NCBI GenBank assembly: GCA_041695225.1
Contig: JBGFRI010000037.1
Coordinates: forward strand, 32,001 to 96,000
DNA from: Deinococcota bacterium
GTDB taxonomy: Bacteria; Deinococcota; Deinococci; Deinococcales; Thermaceae
Direction: 5' to 3'
DNA length: 64,000 nt
The translations under genes and the position numbers were made by a program. Below, piece after piece: positions 60,948 to 64,000 of this stretch (position 1 is its first letter; every line of letters starts with the position of its first letter). Below the pieces are notes generated by a model that was given only the letters and a program-made list of their open reading frames with translations, had not been told where the DNA came from and searched no databases.

Positions 60948-63227
60948 CTAGGCCGAACGGGCTTTGGCTGCGGTCTTGCGCTCCAGTTCACGGGTCTTGT
61001 ACCAGACCACCAGCGCCGAGACCACATAAATTGAGGAATAGACTCCCACCATGAAGCCGACCAGAATGGCCAGGGCAAAGTCGCGCAGCACCGGGCCTCC
61101 TAAGAACAACAGCGAAAGCAGGGGCAGCATGGTGGCCAGCGATGTCATCAAGGTGCGCGAGAGGGTCTGGTTAATGGAGGTATTGACAATCTCGTAATAC
61201 GAGCGACCCCGCATCAGCTTAAGGTTTTCCCGTATCCGGTCGGAAATGATTACCGAGTCGTTGAGGGAAAACCCCACAATGGTAAGCAAGACCGCCACCG
61301 TGGGGATGGAGAACTCGAGCCCCAACAGGCTGTACATGCCGGCCACGATGGCCACGTCGTGCCCGACAGCTATAACGCTCGCTACCCCAAACACCCAGTC
61401 GAAGCGGAAGGCCACATACACCAAAATGAGGGCCAGACCGACCAGCACCGCCAGAATAGCGCTGGTGCGAAGCTCGGCCCCAATGGCCGGGCCAACCGTC
61501 TCGGACTGGAGTACAATGGCATCTAATCGCTCGCGGAACTGGTTTTCTAGCGCAATTCGCTGGGCTTCTTCCAACTGGCCCACCCGGACCGAGAACTCGT
61601 TGCCGGTAACGCCGCCCAGGGTAGTAATAATGGCGTCGGCCCCGCTTATGCCTGCTATTCCGCTCTGATCGAGGAATTGTCGAATGTTTTCGGCCCGCAC
61701 CTCATCGGCCACCCGCACCGTAAAAGCAGTTCCTCCGGTGAAATCTACCCCAAAGTTGAAACCCTTGGTAAAGATGATTCCGGTAGCAATTAGCGCGGTT
61801 ACCAGCGAAAAGATGCTCACCTGACGTGAGATACCCATGAAATCAATCTTGGTACCCCAGAGCCAGTAAGGCGGCCTTACCTCGCGGCGGTCGCCCATTA
61901 CCTCGAGCATCCAGCGGCTGGTAATCAGGTTGGAGAATACCGATACGATCACGCCTAGGGCCAGCATCACCGCAAACCCCCGCACGGGGCCGGTGCTGTA
62001 CTGGTAAAGGGCGGCGGCGGCCAGCAGATGGCAGAAATTTACGTCCAGGATGGTAACAATGGAGTGTGAAAAACCGCTCGGAATGGCCTGGCGGAACTTC
62101 TTGCCCAGCTTTAACTCTTCCTTGATGCGTTCAAACGACAGTACGTTTCCATCTACCGCAGCGCCCAGAGAGAGTATCAGGCCAGCAATACCCGGCAAGG
62201 TAAGGGTAACCCCCAGCATCGAGATTGCGGCCAGCATCAGAATCGAGGTGTAGATCAGACCCAGGGCCGCGACCATGCCCATCCAGAAACCATAGTAGGC
62301 AAAGATCAGCGAAAACAGCAGGATGGTGCCGATAATGCCGGCCATAATGCCAGCCCGGATGGCATCCTGGCCCAGGGTGGGGCCAATGGCGCGGGTCTCG
62401 GCGACATCCAGCTCTACCGGCAGCGAGCCCGAACGCAGCACCAGAGCAATATCGGAGGACTCCTGTACGCTGCCCAGGCCCTCGATGACCGCGCGCCCAC
62501 CCCCGATGGCCTGGCGGATGGTGGGAGCGGTGAATACCCTGTCGTCGAGTACCACTGCCAGCTGGCGGTTGACATTGGCCCGCGTGGCCTCCTCAAACTT
62601 TCGGGCCCCCTCGGGGGTAAACTCCATGTCTACCTGTGGGCGGCCAAACTGGTCGAAAGAGGCGTTGGCGGTGCGCAGATCGGTTCCGGTGAGTAGCGGG
62701 GGTCCCAGATCGGTCAGCCGGAGCAGATTTCGCTCGAGCTCGGCCCGGCGCTCGGCCAGGGCAGCCCCGGTCAGGCCGGAGGCCCGCAGGATCTCGTTAA
62801 TCTGGGCCACGGTCATGCCCTGTGCACCCTGGTTCACAATGCGGAACTCGAGGCGGGCAGTCTGGCCGATCAGGTCGAGGGCGCGTTCTTGCTGCTCGGG
62901 GGTGAGACCTGGCAGCTCCACCACGATGCGATCGTAGCCCTGTACCTGTACCAGCGGCTCGGCCACCCCAATGGCGTTGACCCGGTTTTCAATTACGGTT
63001 CGGGCCACATCCAGATTGGTTCTGGCAATCTGGGGGTCGGGGTCGGGGTCAACCGCCTTGAGGGTTACACGCAAGCCGCCCTGCAGGTCGAGGCCCAGCC
63101 GAATCAGACCGTCGGCGGGCAACAAAGGGTTTTGTGGGTCGCGGGCTTCCAAGGGCCGGAAAAGCCCGATAACTGCTGCAACTAACAGCAGTAAAAGTAT
63201 GGTTCCTGTCCAGGCGCGTTTACTCAC
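60948..63227 (-). CDS. secDF: protein translocase SecDF fusion
   Basis: LGLDLQGG, IGPTLG, AVDGNVL, GVDFTGG, GFSLNDS..DRIRE. Confidence 0.96.
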   Translation of the reverse strand: MSKRAWTGTILLLLLVAAVIGLFRPLEARDPQNPLLPADGLIRLGLDLQGGLRVTLKAVDPDPDPQIARTNLDVARTVIENRVNAIGVAEPLVQVQGYDRIVVELPGLTPEQQERALDLIGQTARLEFRIVNQGAQGMTVAQINEILRASGLTGAALAERRAELERNLLRLTDLGPPLLTGTDLRTANASFDQFGRPQVDMEFTPEGARKFEEATRANVNRQLAVVLDDRVFTAPTIRQAIGGGRAVIEGLGSVQESSDIALVLRSGSLPVELDVAETRAIGPTLGQDAIRAGIMAGIIGTILLFSLIFAYYGFWMGMVAALGLIYTSILMLAAISMLGVTLTLPGIAGLILSLGAAVDGNVLSFERIKEELKLGKKFRQAIPSGFSHSIVTILDVNFCHLLAAAALYQYSTGPVRGFAVMLALGVIVSVFSNLITSRWMLEVMGDRREVRPPYWLWGTKIDFMGISRQVSIFSLVTALIATGIIFTKGFNFGVDFTGGTAFTVRVADEVRAENIRQFLDQSGIAGISGADAIITTLGGVTGNEFSVRVGQLEEAQRIALENQFRERLDAIVLQSETVGPAIGAELRTSAILAVLVGLALILVYVAFRFDWVFGVASVIAVGHDVAIVAGMYSLLGLEFSIPTVAVLLTIVGFSLNDSVIISDRIRENLKLMRGRSYYEIVNTSINQTLSRTLMTSLATMLPLLSLLFLGGPVLRDFALAILVGFMVGVYSSIYVVSALVVWYKTRELERKTAAKARSA

Positions 63228-63351
63228 AGTTTATTTCCTATAAGGGGTTAAGGGCTTGAAGTGAAAAGTTATCCAGCAGCGCAAACCTTAGAGCCGCCAG
63301 TGAGCGGGGTCTGCACCAAACCCCAGACTTACCTGGCTGCTCCGCGGCCTT

Positions 63352-63675
63352 TTAGCCGCCATCGGACTGGATTCGAACGTAAATCAGATAGAGCCGCTGA
63401 CGCTTGATGGGGGGAGTATAGGGTTGGACTGGAATGCGTAGCACCGACCGCCGTGAGGATGAGACCCCGGCAATGCAGAGCGCTACCAGACCCAGGATCA
63501 GGGCACTAAACTTGCTCTTTGACTCGGTAATTTGCTGTGGAAGAAGGGCGGCGCTCCAGTCCAGGGCAAAGGCCGCACCGGGCCTGGGGCTCTGGGGCGA
63601 CCAGGCCAGCCCCGGCCCCAGGCCGACCACGGCCAGGGTTATGAGGATTAACCAGCGCTGCCAGGACAGAAGCAT
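63352..63675 (-). CDS. hypothetical membrane protein
   Basis: 107-aa ORF with two hydrophobic segments; TAGAAT upstream. Confidence 0.55.
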   Translation of the reverse strand: MLLSWQRWLILITLAVVGLGPGLAWSPQSPRPGAAFALDWSAALLPQQITESKSKFSALILGLVALCIAGVSSSRRSVLRIPVQPYTPPIKRQRLYLIYVRIQSDGG

Positions 63676-64000
63676 AGCCTCCCTATTCTAGAGCTTTTTT
63701 CGGTTCTTGAACAGCTCCCGCAGTATTCTCCCTAGCATCCGACACCTAAGCCTGATGACGAGGCGACATCTTCAAGAGCCTGATGGAGTAGGCCCTTTCA
63801 TCTTCGGCCATGCTATCTTCCTAATCCATGGAGTAGGCCCATTCGTTTTCCGCCCTGCTATCGTCCTATGCACGGGTCAAGCCTCGCGGGAATGAGTTTT
63901 CCATGAGCCCCGCGCACCCGTAGCGACGAAACCCAAGGGAGTTTCTTGGTAGGACATAGATTAATCACTCTCGTCCTCGGCAAGTCCATGGCCCAGTACG

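Overview
GC-rich chromosomal window from a Deinococcota bacterium. It is most likely Meiothermus-like, inferred from the TilS-TadA fusion, SecDF fusion, many leaderless TANNNT-N6-9-start promoters and the gene order. Most of it is housekeeping: tilS-tadA, truD, bcp, rpiA, metG, aroH, rpmE, tdk, miaA, gatA, recX, thyA-folA, hflX, ruvC, a dcw cluster (mraZ to ftsZ), recJ, hisA, arginase, cysK, psuG, rodZ-like and secDF. Main non-routine features: (1) a minus-strand integron gene-cassette array at ~26.6-30.8 kb with five attC sites, two toxin-antitoxin cassettes, a LysE cassette, two unknown ORFs and two copies of a ~270-bp attI/promoter-like platform, but no integrase gene in the window; (2) candidate leaderless leader-peptide regulators, namely a Met-rich uORF plus terminator before metG and an RLR-starting uORF before hflX; (3) many intergenic repeats, including 7-mer tandem arrays that also enter ORFs, several dispersed composite or MITE-like families, a 14-bp VNTR, and IS982 and IS200/IS605 remnants. 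No rRNA, tRNA or CRISPR array was seen. All calls come from reading the sequence and recognising motifs; no searches were run.
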